The notes: generated by a model from the sequence alone, not told the origin. A DNA stretch of 62,955 nt, filler included, from Octopus bimaculoides (GCF_001194135.2; 6 parts of 6 records of this genome joined end to end with filler, not necessarily neighbours in it), one strand, 5' to 3'; counted from the whole stretch's first letter, positions 1 to 14,200 are shown. A program made the numbers and translations.

Positions 1-75
<75 letters not shown>

Positions 76-169
76 GTATGTATATATATATACATGTACA
101 TATATGTATATAAGCATATATATGCATATATATGTATGTACATATATATACATGTATATACAAACAAAC

Positions 170-1900
170 TTATGTAACCAACATATGTATTACCAGCGAT
201 CTTTTTACGATTCTACTCGATAGTTATAATGTAACAAATACCGTTTAACAACTTCTGACGCATCCTGTACATATAAAAATATTAGTGTTTGTTTTTATGC
301 ATACTTATACTTTATAACAGTCAAACATTTTTGAAGAATTAATCCGGGTATCAAGTTTATATTTCCAAGGAATATATTGACAGAAGCTTCGAAATTTTAC
401 CGCTCATTGCTTTCATCAGACTGTAAAACCTTATTGTCTATCCACCATTTTATATATTTTGGTTCATCTTGTGAGTATGGTCTCCTAGTTTCAGTATATG
501 GTTCAATAGAATATTTATGGTAACAAATTAAAATGATGTGGATCGGTTTTCTGATTGGATGAACAGCAATAAGACAATTTTCAGAAGATTTAATAGTTGT
601 GAACCAAGAAGGAACGTTGGAAAATATGAAGAATGGGAAGTAAAAAAAAAAAGACAAAGAATAAAGATAAGAAGTAAGGTAAACTAAATATAAAGTAAAG
701 TGAATGATAGAGCGAAACTTGGATAAGGAACGAGAAATCAAAACTGAACTTAGCTTGATGAAGATGGTGTTTCTTCGTTGCATAAGGGTTGCTTTTCGAT
801 GTTTCCATTTCTCGGAGAGATCTGATCTTGTATTCAAACAGAGATCGTGTTCTTGAAAATTTTTGCTAGGAGTCTTGTCTTTTTGCTATTCACAGGTCAC
901 ATTTTATGTTTTCCTTGATTTTGCATTTAATCACATATTCCTAAATTTGTCCTCAGTGCAATTGAAACTGGAATTGAAGAGTCAGGAAAATTGACACAAA
1001 ACATTTGCTCCACGCTTCAACAACACTGTTTATCTATAGCCTTTCTTGGTTTATTTTTAGTTTACATCCATAGAAGGATCTAAATTCACATATTACTACA
1101 TCACTATTACATAGCTACAAAGGAGGTAGATTCACATTGAATAAGTTAGTCGGTGTTATACCATAAATACAGACTGTTTTATGCTGGAATCTTTTGGTTC
1201 ATAAGTCTCTCTCCCCGATCACAGACGACTTGTAGTTAAGCAAAAACGAAGTTGCTTTATTTGCAAAAAAATATTTTGCACAATCTTACCGTAAGCTTTC
1301 ACAAATTATGCATAAAATTATGTATTATGGATGAACTTTAGCACAACAGAACTTTAATAACTCCAAAGTGCTTCCGCACAGTTTTTATGTACCAAATTTC
1401 ATTCCCAAAGGTTCTGGGAACTCGATGCTATGCTAGAAATAATTTTGTACGGTGGTAGAATCAAGATTGAATTCATGTGCCTGCAGCTCAGTAGTCTCAC
1501 TAATTCTGATATTAACATTCCTTAGTGTTTTTAGTTACTAAATCGATTTTAGTCCTCACGGGGTTTAACAGTCTACAAGTAGGCGTATTACTGAAATTAG
1601 GGTTGTGATCTTTGAGAGTTATAAAAGCTCCCCTTTTTTGCTAAGCTTTCTAATCTATCATCAATTTTACTACGTTTAGAGAGGAATTTAGCCTTATTGT
1701 TAATATCATAGTATCTACCTTTGTTAGCTTTCTTAAATTTAGTAGAAATGGTATCGTACAACAGCTATCACATAGATGACTTTATACAAGTTGTTAGTAT
1801 TATCAGAAAATACGAATTTAATTTTAGAGCTTCTAAAGTTTTTCATATCAGATTTTAGTTTGGCTTGAAAAGAGTTTTAATGCTTACGGAATCTATTAGT
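170..1900 (-). mobile_element. Decayed Penelope-like retroelement (Naiad-type RT, probable GIY-YIG remnant), many stops and frameshifts
   Basis: Minus-strand translation of about 1870-1480 gives FQAKLKSDMKNFRSSKIKFVFSDNTNNLYKV, TISTKFKKANKGRYYDINNKAKFLSKRSKIDDRLESLAKK, GAFITLKDHNPNFSNTPTCRLLNPVRTKID and LRNVNIRISETTELQ. These match the AFITLKDHK-x-NF-x-P-x-CRLINP motif series of this PLE group. Weaker downstream traces: FQEHDL (~850), LNGICY and GNTYVG (~250-180). Confidence 0.72.
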
Positions 1901-2698
1901 AACTAAACAAGGGGTTCTGCCTTAAAGAGGGCTAAATAATTCATTCAGTAAATGGAAGAATAATGATAAATAATGATGAATAATGATAAATAATGAAGAA
2001 TAATGATAAATTTCTTCTCGTGAACTGGAGGACACCAAACTCTCTGAATCGAGTAGCTGCCTCACAGTCTTTGGACATATCACCATTGAATTATTCTGCA
2101 TCAACTAGTTTAAATTTGGCTCCTATGGGCAAACTCTAATTTCCTTACTTTTCGTTTCTTTTTCCGTTTTTACTCATCCACCCACGTTTTTTCTTGTGAG
2201 TTCTCATGTACCAGCATCCTGATTTTGAAATAGAACAGACCATATTCTAAGATCCAGAGGATTGCTTGGAGATACAAAACCTGTTATAAAAACTACTTAG
2301 ACACGTGTCTTCACAGCAAGAAACTATTAGTAGCTCCTATCTTTATAACGCATACAATAAATAGTATTTATCTCACATCAGATGGAATACGTTTTTGGTT
2401 GATTTTAACTTAAGGAAAAATAAGCCCGCTCTTTCTTTCTCTTTCTCTGTATATATATATATATATATNNNNNNNNNNNNNNNNNNNNNNNNNNNNNNNN
2501 NNNNNNNNNNNNNNNNNNNNNNNNNNNNNNNNNNNNNNNNNNNNNNNNNNNNNNNNNNNNNNNNNNNNNNNNNNNNNNNNNNNNNNNNNNNNNNNNNNNN
2601 NNNNNNNNNNNNNNNNNNNNNNNNNNNNNNNNNNNNNNNNNNNNNNNNNNNNNNNNNNNNNNNNNNNNNNNNNNNNNNNNNNNNNNNNNNNNNNNNNN

Positions 2699-2735
<37 letters not shown>

Positions 2736-3209
2736 GAGAGAAAGAGGGAGAGAGAGCGCGAGAAATGCTGGCGTATCAAATAATTACAACATAAATTCTT
2801 GATTAATTAAAATAATCTCAGAGTCTAGAGGAGGTGTAGTAATTACCATATAAGAAAACGAGATGTTCTCCGGAATAACCTTAATAGACTATATAAAGGG
2901 CTAGATTATTTTCTGTAGATTCCAGGACTATCGTAGACACGTCTTCGCACGTGACAAGATAAATTTGTCACGTTTTTTGTCATTGTGATTAATAAATGTA
3001 ACACATTTTCTAACGTATATTTTGGGCTATCAAACTTCGTTGTGCTACTGACTAATGGCATTTTGGTTTTTGCATATATTTCGTGAACATTTTGCAACGT
3101 CACTTTGCATACAATAATTACTTGGGCAACTAGAAACGTGACTGAAGAAGCTTAAGTTGCTAATAGTTACATATACACAAATGCATGAATGCGTACACAC
3201 ATACACACA

Positions 3210-3253
<44 letters not shown>

Positions 3254-3270
3254 TGTCGAAATACAATATA

Positions 3271-3376
3271 CTAGTCGTGTATTAAAAGTCTTGAGCTTCA
3301 AAATAAAAAAAACTATGGTATAAGACTTCAAGGCTCAAAGGCCTTTGGAGGCTCAAAACCTTTCATACAACCCTCG
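3271..3376. mobile_element. Mariner/Tc1-like MITE
   Basis: Imperfect terminal inverted repeats (left ctagtcgtgtattaaaagtcttgagc; right reverse complement cgagggttgtatgaaaggttttgagc), each flanked by TA. Confidence 0.5.
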
Positions 3377-3663
3377 TATATATGTATTTGTGTGTGTGTG
3401 TGTGTATGTATGTGTGTGTGTGTGTTTGTTTGTGTGTGCGTGTTTGTGTATTTCTATGTGCGATGATATGCAGGGAAACAGAAAATGTGAGTGAGACAGA
3501 ATAATTGTATTAATTTGCAAATCATGAAACACAGAGCAATAATACGAAGCTTAAGTTTTCTACTGTTAATACACACACGCACATATGCACACACACACAC
3601 ACGCACACACACGCACTCATACGCACACGTGCACTCAAAGACACACACAAAGTGCGCGCGCAT

Positions 3664-3732
<69 letters not shown>

Positions 3733-4515
3733 TGTGTTCAAGACGAGGTAAATCTAGATGGAATTTGACCTCAGAACGTAAGCGCCCGCAGGAAATACTT
3801 CGAGGTATTTTGAACGATGCGCTGACGATTCCGCCAACTGACGTGGCTGATTTCTGAATGGTATGTCATTTGAACGCGAAAACACAAAATTCCGATCAAA
3901 CTAAGATGTTTGAACACCATATCATTGCAATATATGTGTGTGTTTGCGTGTGTGAATGTCCACCGTATTGTGAGTGTATTTGCACGTATTCAATATCTAT
4001 GTGTTTGAAAGTGTGCATAAATCGTGTTTTTGTGTCTGTGTATCTGCATCTATGAGTATCTGTGATATAGCTGAAAGATCGGAACGGATCATTCTGAACG
4101 TCCTATATCATTGAAACGCCGGAACTTTCTGTTTTGGTGTCAAATATGGTTAGAAGACCGGAGCTGACCATTTTTCAATATGCAGACTTAATACAGAATA
4201 CAGAGAAGCAAGAGAAACGAATGTCAATGACTTGTAACCATAGAAGCCTAACAGTATTGTCAGTTATTGTAATGGTTAAAGGAGAGAAAAGAAAAAGGTT
4301 ATAATCTTTCATAAATAGCATATAAATGCACGTAAACTTTTACACACTCAATAGCAAATACATATATACATATACGCATATAGAGGCTCACCATGAATGC
4401 ACATACACGAGTATGAACTAATGGTGCAAACTCAGGTTCATTTATAATAGACAATAGACTGCTGAAGTCTACAGACACACCGATAAAAGAAATATATATA
4501 TATATATATATATGT

Positions 4516-4569
<54 letters not shown>

Positions 4570-4944
4570 CACATACAAGCATATACATACTAATGTTTTT
4601 ATATGTGTGTGAGTGTGTGCTGTGTGTGTGTATCACACGTTGGTTTGTCTATAACTCAGAAAGACATAGACTTGAGAAGATATATTACGATTAACGATTG
4701 CTTCCTCTCTCGACCTCCTTCCGCCATTTTCTCCTTACCTTTCTGGTACATCATTCTTTTACTTTTTTTTTTCCACTTCATTTTGCTATTCTTTTGTGTT
4801 ATCTTTCATTCTTCACAGTATTTTTTTCTTTTCTTTTCTTTTCAACATCCTATTTTTTTCTCTTCCTTCATCTGTCTTCAGTTTATATTATTTTCTTTTC
4901 GAAGTTTGTCTTTTAGAATATGTGTGCGTGTATATGTGTGTGTT

Positions 4945-4979
<35 letters not shown>

Positions 4980-5026
4980 ATATGTATATANNNNNNNNNN
5001 NNNNNNNNNNNNNNNNNNNNNNNNNN

Positions 5027-5062
<36 letters not shown>

Positions 5063-6471
5063 TTATATATATATATATACATATATACATATATATACAT
5101 ATGTTCATTTTTATACTAGACCTAAAGTGTTGGAGTGCAAAAAGTGCTACTAGATCAAGTGAAAAATCCAGCTGTCGCAGTATATTATCATTATTATTAT
5201 TATTATCATCATCATCATCATCAACATCATCATCATCATCGTCGTCGTCGTCATCACCATCATCATCGTCATCATCATAATCATCATTGCTGAAACTATT
5301 GTTGTCTAAATTCATCTTTAACCTGCCGGACACACATTTTCACATCGTACTGATGCGTTACAATATTGCAATACCCAACTGATTATGAATTATCTTTCCC
5401 AGATGATATATTACATCATTTTCGTTAATGAATACAACAAGAATAAGAACAAGAACTACAAGAACAACAAACAAAATAACAACAAGAACAACAACAAATA
5501 AGGTAAAAACGCCACTGATAACAGCAGCATCCGCAAGAACAGCGTTGGCAATAGTAACTTGGTGTCGATATTAAGTCGACTGCACAAACCTGCCCAAACA
5601 CAGCCAAAATATGTTAACAATCTGAAAGTTTACGATCTTGTGTTCGTGCATATATTTTGTTGTGCTGCCTCTTGTTGCTGTCATCAGTTAAACTAAAAGA
5701 AAACAAAATAATTCTTATCTTTTCTATTCTCCCTCCCCTTTTCTTTCGTGGTTTGGTTCAACTGAAAGCTAATAGATAAGCTTTGAGATAAAAATAAAAA
5801 AAAATGAAATACAAGAAGAATTGCAACATGAGAATAGAGTATACAAAAAATAAATAAAATGTACCCAGAATAGAATAACACTGCACACACACACAAACAC
5901 ACACACACACACACACGCACACACATATATGTTATTTATATGTACGTATATATGTATATATATCTATATGTATGTATATGTAAGCAATATGTTATTTAGA
6001 AATAACACCTTCAGAGTTCATTGGAGCATGTAAGTCAAGTCAGCAATTGAAATGACTTGATATTGATAAATAGAACATTTTGTATTATAGATGACAAAAA
6101 CTAAATAGTAATAAAAACAAAAAAAAAATCTAATACACCTCCTTAACAAAAGAATGTCTCATTGACGGAAAACGACACTTTTTTTTAAAAAAACAAAAAA
6201 TTATTTAGTCTAGAGGAAAGGGCTGAATTTATGGCTTGTATGGGGTCTCTAGGATCCGCGAGATTGATGTTCTTAATCTCTTGAACAGTTGCCTATCAAT
6301 AGTGACAGGAAACAACACTTCAGGGAAAGAAGTCAAGAGGAACAATATCCTGGGGTGGAAGGACTGGATGATGCAGCTAATGCAGTGCCTTAAACGGATG
6401 AACACAATATAAGTAAGGGGAAAAAGAAGAGATGTGTGAGTTAGCAGGGGATGAATGGAAGTGATAAGATA

Positions 6472-6681
6472 CCAGCTAGGTCTGAGAAGGAAGAGGTCTT
6501 CATAGTAGCAGTAGAAAAGACAGTAGCTATTATTGTAGTACCAGAAAATGCAGGGAGCACTATAGTAGCATAAGAAAAGGAAGAATTCATTTGGGTAACA
6601 CCAAAAAAGGCTGGAGCTTTTATAACTGCACTTGAAAAGACAGTAGTTATTAGAGTAGCACTTGAAAAGTTAAGGAGAACT
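6472..6681. repeat. Degenerate 30-bp tandem repeat, about 7 units, no indels
   Basis: Units start at 6472, 6502, 6532, 6562, 6592, 6622 and 6652, e.g. atagtagcagtagaaaagacagtagctatt versus ataactgcacttgaaaagacagtagttatt. Confidence 0.7.
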
Positions 6682-7326
6682 TTAGATATTAGCCACTTCT
6701 CGGTCGTTCATCCTCAATTCCTCCAAGAGAGCTCTCCACCAGGTGTCCAGAGCAGTCTACATTGACTCTTAAAAGCATAGATCGCATAGAGTGAGTTCCG
6801 TTATCTTACATACTATCTCTGCAGCATTAGCACTCAGAACTTGGTCATCGAAAACAAATACTTCAAGGCATTCTATCTGACTTCCAGACGACTCTGCTTG
6901 GCTCTTTTTAACAAAAAAGAAAAATGAGTGAGCAAATGATGTAGAACTACAACATAACTAAGGTGCATGAAATCGCTTTCTCCTCAAAGATCAAGAATTT
7001 ATATAGGCACAACTGGCTAAGTGTTTCCAAAAGCCAGATGGGAAGCACAACTGACACGCTCAAGAAATAAAATTACCTTAAAATAACTATAGAAACCAGT
7101 ATGGTATCTGCAAACCTCCTGGATACAACGGCAAACATAAAGTCGAATTCCTATGAATCCAAAACAAACATGACCTCGGACTTCTATGAATCCGATACAA
7201 ATCCTAGCGAGCAATTTATATATATATACATATATATATGTGTGTGTACACATGTATATATGCATGTGTGTATATATGCATACATATACGTAAATGTGTA
7301 TGTGTGCGTGCGTGCGTGTATGTATG

Positions 7327-7360
<34 letters not shown>

Positions 7361-7363
7361 TGT

Positions 7364-8313
7364 CATTATTCAGTTTTATTTTAAGATTTCATGCCACTAG
7401 TGAAAGAGTTGGTTTCTAACCTAGACCCAACGCTCCTGCTTTGGAATTCCAACATCAACAACAGGGTATTCTTGCATGTATACGTGCAGATTTGTACGTT
7501 CTGTTTTATGTATATATTCTCATACATATATTTGCATATCTAGAATGCTCATATATACTTAATTGATAAACTTCTGGAAAGTTTTACAGATTTTTATAGT
7601 TCCAGTAATAGATTGGATCTATAGTCTTCGAATCAGCTTTCTCCTTTCTGGTTTTGAGAAGCCAAATTTCTCAAGATTGGTATTTAGGCAGTGTGTTCCC
7701 TAATAATTACAGGAATGTACCTGAACTTGTAATCTGGATAGAGTAACTGTAGATTTCTCAATAGTTCAGAGTATGTATTTTTGTTCTCACTGATCTTCAG
7801 CTTTATGCTGACATCCGCTGGGCAGCTACTTTCCACACCTATGCACAGTTTCTCTTCTCTATCCCAAATCATTATGTCAGGTCAGTTGTGTTTATATTTT
7901 ATTGAGGTTTTCAGTGGGATATTCCACCAGTATTCCTTTCTATTATGAGTGGCTAAGGCTTTTATCATTACGTGGATACTTACTTCTTTGTCTTCGTGAC
8001 TATCCTTCTGACGGATTTCATTATATAGTGTCCCAGCTACAACATTATGTCTCATAGGTAGATAATACTGTGATGACATTTTAGGGCAACGGCTTATGAC
8101 GTGGATGATATCTTCGGTGTTAACTCCACAAAGTCTTCAATGTTTGTTACATTTTACTGCTTTTCCTGTATCTCTATCCCTTTGAGTATCAGGTATTTCG
8201 TTGATATTTTCTGATCTTGGATTACAAACGCGTACCCTTCAAACTGGGAGGTAGTAATCCGGTTGTTGGTCCCTGAGAGACTGGTCTGATGATCAATGTT
8301 ACTGTCATCACGC
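7364..8313 (-). mobile_element. R4/Dong-like non-LTR retrotransposon 3' portion (CCHC knuckle + restriction-like endonuclease), copy 1, pseudogenised
   Basis: Minus frames give SQFEGYAFVIQDQKISTKYLI, MSSQYYLPMRHNVVAGTLYNEIR, EYWWNIPLKTSIKYKHN and IIWDREEKLCIGVESSCPADVSIKLKISENKNTYSELLRNLQLLYPDYKFRYIPVII. The 3' end abuts a (TATG)n array; the 5' side runs into an N-gap. Confidence 0.85.
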
Positions 8314-8755
8314 NNNNNNNNNNNNNNNNNNNNNNNNNNNNNNNNNNNNNNNNNNNNNNNNNNNNNNNNNNNNNNNNNNNNNNNNNNNNNNNNNNNNNNN
8401 NNNNNNNNNNNNNNNNNNNNNNNNNNNNNNNNNNNNNNNNNNNNNNNNNNNNNNNNNNNNNNNNNNNNNNNNNNNNNNNNNNNNNNNNNNNNNNNNNNNN
8501 NNNNNNNNNNNNNNNNNNNNNNNNNNNNNNNNNNNNNNNNNNNNNNNNNNNNNNNNNNNNNNNNNNNNNNNNNNNNNNNNNNNNNNNNNNNNNNNNNNNN
8601 NNNNNNNNNNNNNNNNNNNNNNNNNNNNNNNNNNNNNNNNNNNNNNNNNNNNNNNNNNNNNNNNNNNNNNNNNNNNNNNNNNNNNNNNNNNNNNNNNNNN
8701 NNNNNNNNNNNNNNNNNNNNNNNNNNNNNNNNNNNNNNNNNNNNNNNTATATATG

Positions 8756-8787
<32 letters not shown>

Positions 8788-9024
8788 TGTATACGCTCTT
8801 GCAATTCAGTCACTGCTGTAGATCTTACGTGGCCGTTGTAATTATAACAGAGAGATAGTGTTGTGTAGAAAACAGATAGATTAGAAATAATATATACTGA
8901 TATATTGATATATTAGTGTAAGGAGATACTCAAACAATGGTCATTGTCATCACACGAAATATTCAAATACCAGCGAAACAAGTGACTGTGTGTGTGTGTG
9001 TGTGTGTGCGCGCGCGCGCGTGAA

Positions 9025-9059
<35 letters not shown>

Positions 9060-11470
9060 CATATACATATATATATCTATACATATACATATATATGCGC
9101 ATATATAGACGTGTGTATGTATATAGGCTTATATATCAAGTGTATACACACACAAGCATATATATATTTATATATATATATATNNNNNNNNNNNNNNNNN
9201 NNNNNNNNNNNNNNNNNNNNNNNNNNNNNNNNNNNNNNNNNNNNNNNNNNNNNNNNNTATAATATAAAAGTGTTGATCTGAGTTTATATACTACCGCCTT
9301 CACCAGTATAATTTATTTATACACTCGGAACTTTTATGCGCTTTTATTATTTGGCCTTTTTTTTTTACATTTACTCACATTTTACTTTGTAGAAGATAGT
9401 TCTTCTTTTATAAACTTTTCCCTTTTTAATAAATAAACGCTTACACATTTCATATATATTGTAAATACAGTATCTCATTCACCGAAAATCAGTTACATGA
9501 AAATTATTACTTGTGAGTGAAATACAGTTTAAGATATTTGAAAATCAACTTATTCCTCTATGACTATTTTATCTCCGTATCATTTAACATTCTCATAATC
9601 GTGGTCTACAGTCAAATGGTTATTTGATGGCCATCTATGTATGATACTTAATGAGAATGTAACTTTAATGTGGTATTCGTCCGGAGACAATATTCCTTGT
9701 GGACGTGCGGTGTTTAAAACACAATGTATATCAGTGTGAGACAAAAATCGTCCTAGCGGCAGATGTTGAGAATGCTAGATGCATATTCTTGCCTCACTGG
9801 GTGTTGTCCGTAGCATGCACTCACAGCCAACTGCATGCTAAACCGATTTCTATTCCCACCGATATGGAAAAATAGTTAATGAACAATCACTCGTGTTGCG
9901 ACTAACCACCAGGCTGAATAAAATCCGGTATATGCAACAGTAGTATTAAATTGAAATAGCCATCTGTGTGCCATAGTTAATCTAATACGCCGGTATTAGA
10001 CCAGATAGCTATTTTAATAATGCAGATAGCTATTTATACAACAGATCTATTAACATCTGTTGTATACAACGGATCATTTAATAAAACTTTTCAAACAAGA
10101 TACTAAATGCCTCAAGCTTGATAACGTGGAACAAACACAACCAAGTTTGCGTGAAGCGATCTACCGACAGCAGTTATTACCAGCAAAATAACAATAAAGA
10201 CTTCAAGAAAATGGAATGCTTCAAGAGAGCTATGGGGAGGAAAAAACAAAAAGAGGCATCAAATTGAAGAATATTGAATAAATGAAGCAAACTGTTGTCA
10301 GCAATAATCTGAGTTTTAATAGTAACTGAACCTTAGAAGAAGTAGATGAAGCAAGTTCATCAAAGAATAGTACCGTTTACCTCAAAATAATGGACTAATG
10401 GTTCTGTTAACTACGTTTCAACGGGAGGTTATGTGTTTGATATCGTTGTCTCCATTAATCCCAAACGTTGTAGTAACAGAAGCAAAAAGCTATGCATCCT
10501 AACCAGAACAGGAAGATAAAGACCAGAAAACCTGAAATATGCAAGTCAAGGACCGGAAACTATGCGAAAATGTTAACAAAAATTTATCATATCTCTTAAG
10601 AAACTTTTAAAAAATGTAGAAAAACTGTCTGAGGATATCATTAAAATTATTCGAGACTGAAACTGTATATTTTAAATAACATAACTTGTAGCAAATATTT
10701 TTCATAAAGGAGGCATTATCATCACTCAGAAAGGATACCTCTTTCAAGTGAAGAACATTAATTTCTACAGTTTTACCTTGTTAGGGGGTTGAACAAACAA
10801 ATTGAAGAAAGACATAGGAATCATCAGAGCAGGATGGATAATGTGGTTCTAGGTTTACCACAGATAGGGAAAAGGCAGGATGATTGCCACTAGAATATCT
10901 TTGATTATAGATTTGCTTGACTAGAGTTAACTTGGGCTAAAAACGAAACAAAACAAATAAAAGTTCTACCAGCAACGAGAAAACAAATTTCACAAAACGG
11001 TTAATAATATAGATAAAAATAATATAGATAATAATATAGATAAAAAAAACAAAACATTGCATCACCGAAAGACGATGCCGCACAGACCTCAGAAACACAG
11101 AGAATCAAGCTGAAAATATAATGGTGGTGGCGGTGGTGTTAATGATGATGATGATGATGACGATGATAATGATAATGATAATGATAATGATAATGATAAA
11201 AATGGTTATAATAAGATTAATTGTATTATTGAATTTTATTATACACAACAAGCTTCCTTTAAATGAATAAATTTAAGATTAAAAATCAACATTACACAAA
11301 TAAAACCAATTAAGATCGAAATACGTATATGTAATTGCAATTTTATTGTTGTTAGAATACGATATATATATATATATATATATATACATATGTGTGTGTG
11401 TATGTGTGTGTGTATAAGTAGAGAGAAAGGCATATACATAAATGCATACATACATACATGTGTGTGTGTG

Positions 11471-11512
<42 letters not shown>

Positions 11513-11877
11513 CGTGTGTGTGTGTGTTTGTATGTGTAAAATAGATTCTGCGATTGGTTTACAAATCCTATCAATATTAGTACGAGATAAGTAAATAAAA
11601 TGTAGATTTTCTTCTGTAGAAAGCCAAAATCTGTTTGAGCAATCAAAAGAATGCGAATAAAAATTTTAAAAATTCCCATTCTTTGCTTATTTGCGGACGC
11701 GTATGTACATGTATATTGGTATGTCTGTGTGCGTGTGTATATAGATATGTCGGTGTGCGTATGTATATTTGTATATGTGAGCGTATCTGTATACAAGTAT
11801 GGGAATAAATCTGTATGGAGGGGCTCAATATCAACGTATTCTTAATTTTGACACTGCACCTTATGTTTTATATTTTA

Positions 11878-12080
11878 ATTCTTCCAGTCATTGGACTGCG
11901 GCCATGCTGGGGCTCCGCCTTGAAGAGTTGCTTCAGACAAACTGACTCCAGTGATTATTTTGTTTTTAAAGCCTGGTACTTAGTCTATAGATGTTTTTTG
12001 CCGAAACGCTATTTTACGAGGACGTAGACAAACCAGCGTTGGTTATCAAGAATCGGTGGAGAACAAGCACAAACACAAAT
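11878..12080 (-). mobile_element. tRNA-derived SINE family B, 3' half
   Basis: Diverged match to the reverse complement of the 3' half of the full-length copy at 55851-56281 (cagtcattggactgcggccatgctgg...). Confidence 0.75.
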
Positions 12081-12396
12081 GGACATACATAGGTATATAT
12101 AAATATATATATATATATATATGTATATATATNNNNNNNNNNNNNNNNNNNNNNNNNNNNNNNNNNNNNNNNNNNNNNNNNNNNNNNNNNNNNNNNNNNN
12201 NNNNNNNNNNNNNNNNNNNNNNNNNNNNNNNNNNNNNNNNNNNNNNNNNNNNNNNNNNNNNNNNNNNNNNNNNNNNNNNNNNNNNNNNNNNNNNNNNNNN
12301 NNNNNNNNNNNNNNNNNNNNNNNNNNNNNNNNNNNNNNNNNNNNNNNNNNNNNNNNNNNNNNNNNNNNNNNNNNNNNNNNNNNNNNNNNNNNNNNN

Positions 12397-12429
<33 letters not shown>

Positions 12430-12794
12430 AACATATATATTTACACACATACATACATACACACATATATAAACATACACATATACATACATGTATATAT
12501 TCATACATATATACATATATATATATCACGCATATACATGTACATAGATATACAGCAAAATCCATAACTGAACTCAAATTACATTCATACATCCACCGCA
12601 CATAGACTTCTTTTATTTTTAAATGTTTTTTCTTTATCTGTTTAACTCCCTTTTTTTCAAAAAGCCACTTCTTCAAACACTCATATGTCCAAATGGACGG
12701 GAATGACCACCATACACACACACACACACACACATAATATTTTAAAACAAACCCGAAGGCTTTGTAAGTTGCAGAGATAGAGCGTCTATCTCTA

Positions 12795-13030
12795 AGGCGG
12801 CGAACTGGCAGAAACGTTAGCACGCCGGGCGAAATGCTTAGCAGTATTTCGTTTGCCGTTACGTTTTGAGTTCAAATTTTCGCCGAGGTCGACGTTGCCT
12901 TTCATCCTTTCGCGGTCGATAAATTAAGTACCAGTTACGCACTGGGGTCGATGTAATCGACTTAATTCCTTTGTCTGTCCTTGTTTGTCCCCCTCTATGT
13001 TTAGCACCTTGTGGGCAATAAAGAAATAAG
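12795..13030 (+). mobile_element. tRNA-derived SINE family C, full length, with target-site duplication
   Basis: Head aggcggcgaactggcagaaacgttagc (A-box-like) and gagttcaaatt (B-box-like). Flanked by agatagagcgtctat (12775-12789) and agatagagctctat (13031-13044). Confidence 0.85.
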
Positions 13031-13203
13031 AGATAGAGCTCTATGGAAGTCTCTACGCCGATAAACTAATATAGTTACTGAACGTTTTTTTTTAAATATC
13101 TTCTACGGACTGAACGACGCTTACTAACTTCCTACACTTGGATCATTGGATCTTAAATTTGCATATCATCATCATCATCATCCTCATCATCATCATCATC
13201 ATC

Positions 13204-13560
13204 AATGGCCCAGTGGTTAGGGCAGCGGACTCGCGGTCGTAGGATCGCGGTTTCGATTCCCAGACCGGGCGTTGTGAGTGTTTATTGAACGAAGCTCTGG
13301 CAGTGGGTGATGGCAAATCCTGCTCTACTCTTTCACCACAACTTTCTCTCACTCTTACTTCCTGTTTCTGTTGTGCCTGTATTTCAAAGGGCCAGTCTTG
13401 TCACTGTGTGTCACGCTGAACCTTCCCGAGAACTACGTTAACGGTACACGTGTCTGTGGAGTGCTCAGCCACTTACACGTTAATTTTATGAGTAGCCTGT
13501 TCCATTGATTGGATCAACTGGAACCCTCGTCGTCGTAACCGACGGAGTGCCGTAGTAGTA
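13204..13560 (+). mobile_element. tRNA-derived SINE family A
   Basis: Head caatggcccagtggttagggcagcggactcgcgg...gtttcgattccc (A and B boxes); tail ...gacggagtgcc. Near-identical to 34657-35050. Confidence 0.85.
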
Positions 13561-13595
13561 TATATACATATACATACATATATATATATATATAC

Positions 13596-13753
13596 GACTG
13601 ACTTCTTTCAGTTTCCGTGTAACAAATTTACTCGAAAGACCTGCGTCGGTCCGAGGCTATAACAGAAGACACTTATCAAATGTTCCACTGGACTGAACTC
13701 AGGTTCTTGTGTCTGGGAGTGAAACTTCTTACCATACAGCGACGTATGCGCCT
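13596..13753 (-). mobile_element. SINE family B, 5' half, diverged
   Basis: cttctttcagtttccg...agaagacactt...cttcttaccatacagc...gcgcct is the reverse complement of the family B head. Confidence 0.65.
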
Positions 13754-14200
13754 TAATTTATCTCTTGTAGAAACTAAAGACCAGTTTTGAAGGAAATATA
13801 TAACCACGAATTGGAATAGCAAGGATCTCAACTTTCTAACCGCATTAACTTATTTGAAACATTCAAAATGGATCCCATATTTCTCAACGAATTAATCTTA
13901 AGCCCCACTCCACGCATCCTCCAACACCGTCGTCATATAGTCTTTGCTATAGTGATGAGCTACTTTTTGACATTTTTGCTGATGGGCAGCGAGTGAGGAT
14001 AATAGGTGTATATTAATAGTACGATAATTTACTGCAGAATTGGTAACAGGTTCTCTTAATGCTAAACTCAGCAAAGAAATGTGTCGTTATAAAATGTTAC
14101 AGGGATTATGGAAGTCCTAAATTTACGGTAAATACTCTGAAACAAAATAAATATTTCTTGGCGAAAAGAAAGGCATTTTCTCTTTCTAGGAAAATATTGA

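Noticed and set aside
397-837. 146-aa ORF as a GPCR (SWFTT...ENCLIAVHPIRK resembles a TM3/ERY region)
   Set aside because: No seven-TM pattern. It lies within the span and orientation of the decayed Penelope-like element, which explains it better.
4944-5640. Asp/Asn-rich and Cys-rich ORFs as real proteins
   Set aside because: They arise from (GAT/AAT)n and (AAC/AAG)n repeats and have no credible splice context.
10150-10900. Possible decayed LINE RT on the plus strand
   Set aside because: Only vague motif resemblance (ANI..F.KG; RTLISTV). Cannot be supported without a profile search.
13204-13280. tRNA genes at the SINE heads (also 15885, 34657, 52528, 12795, 55851)
   Set aside because: A and B boxes are present, but the heads run into multicopy SINE bodies with tails and TSDs, and no clean cloverleaf forms.
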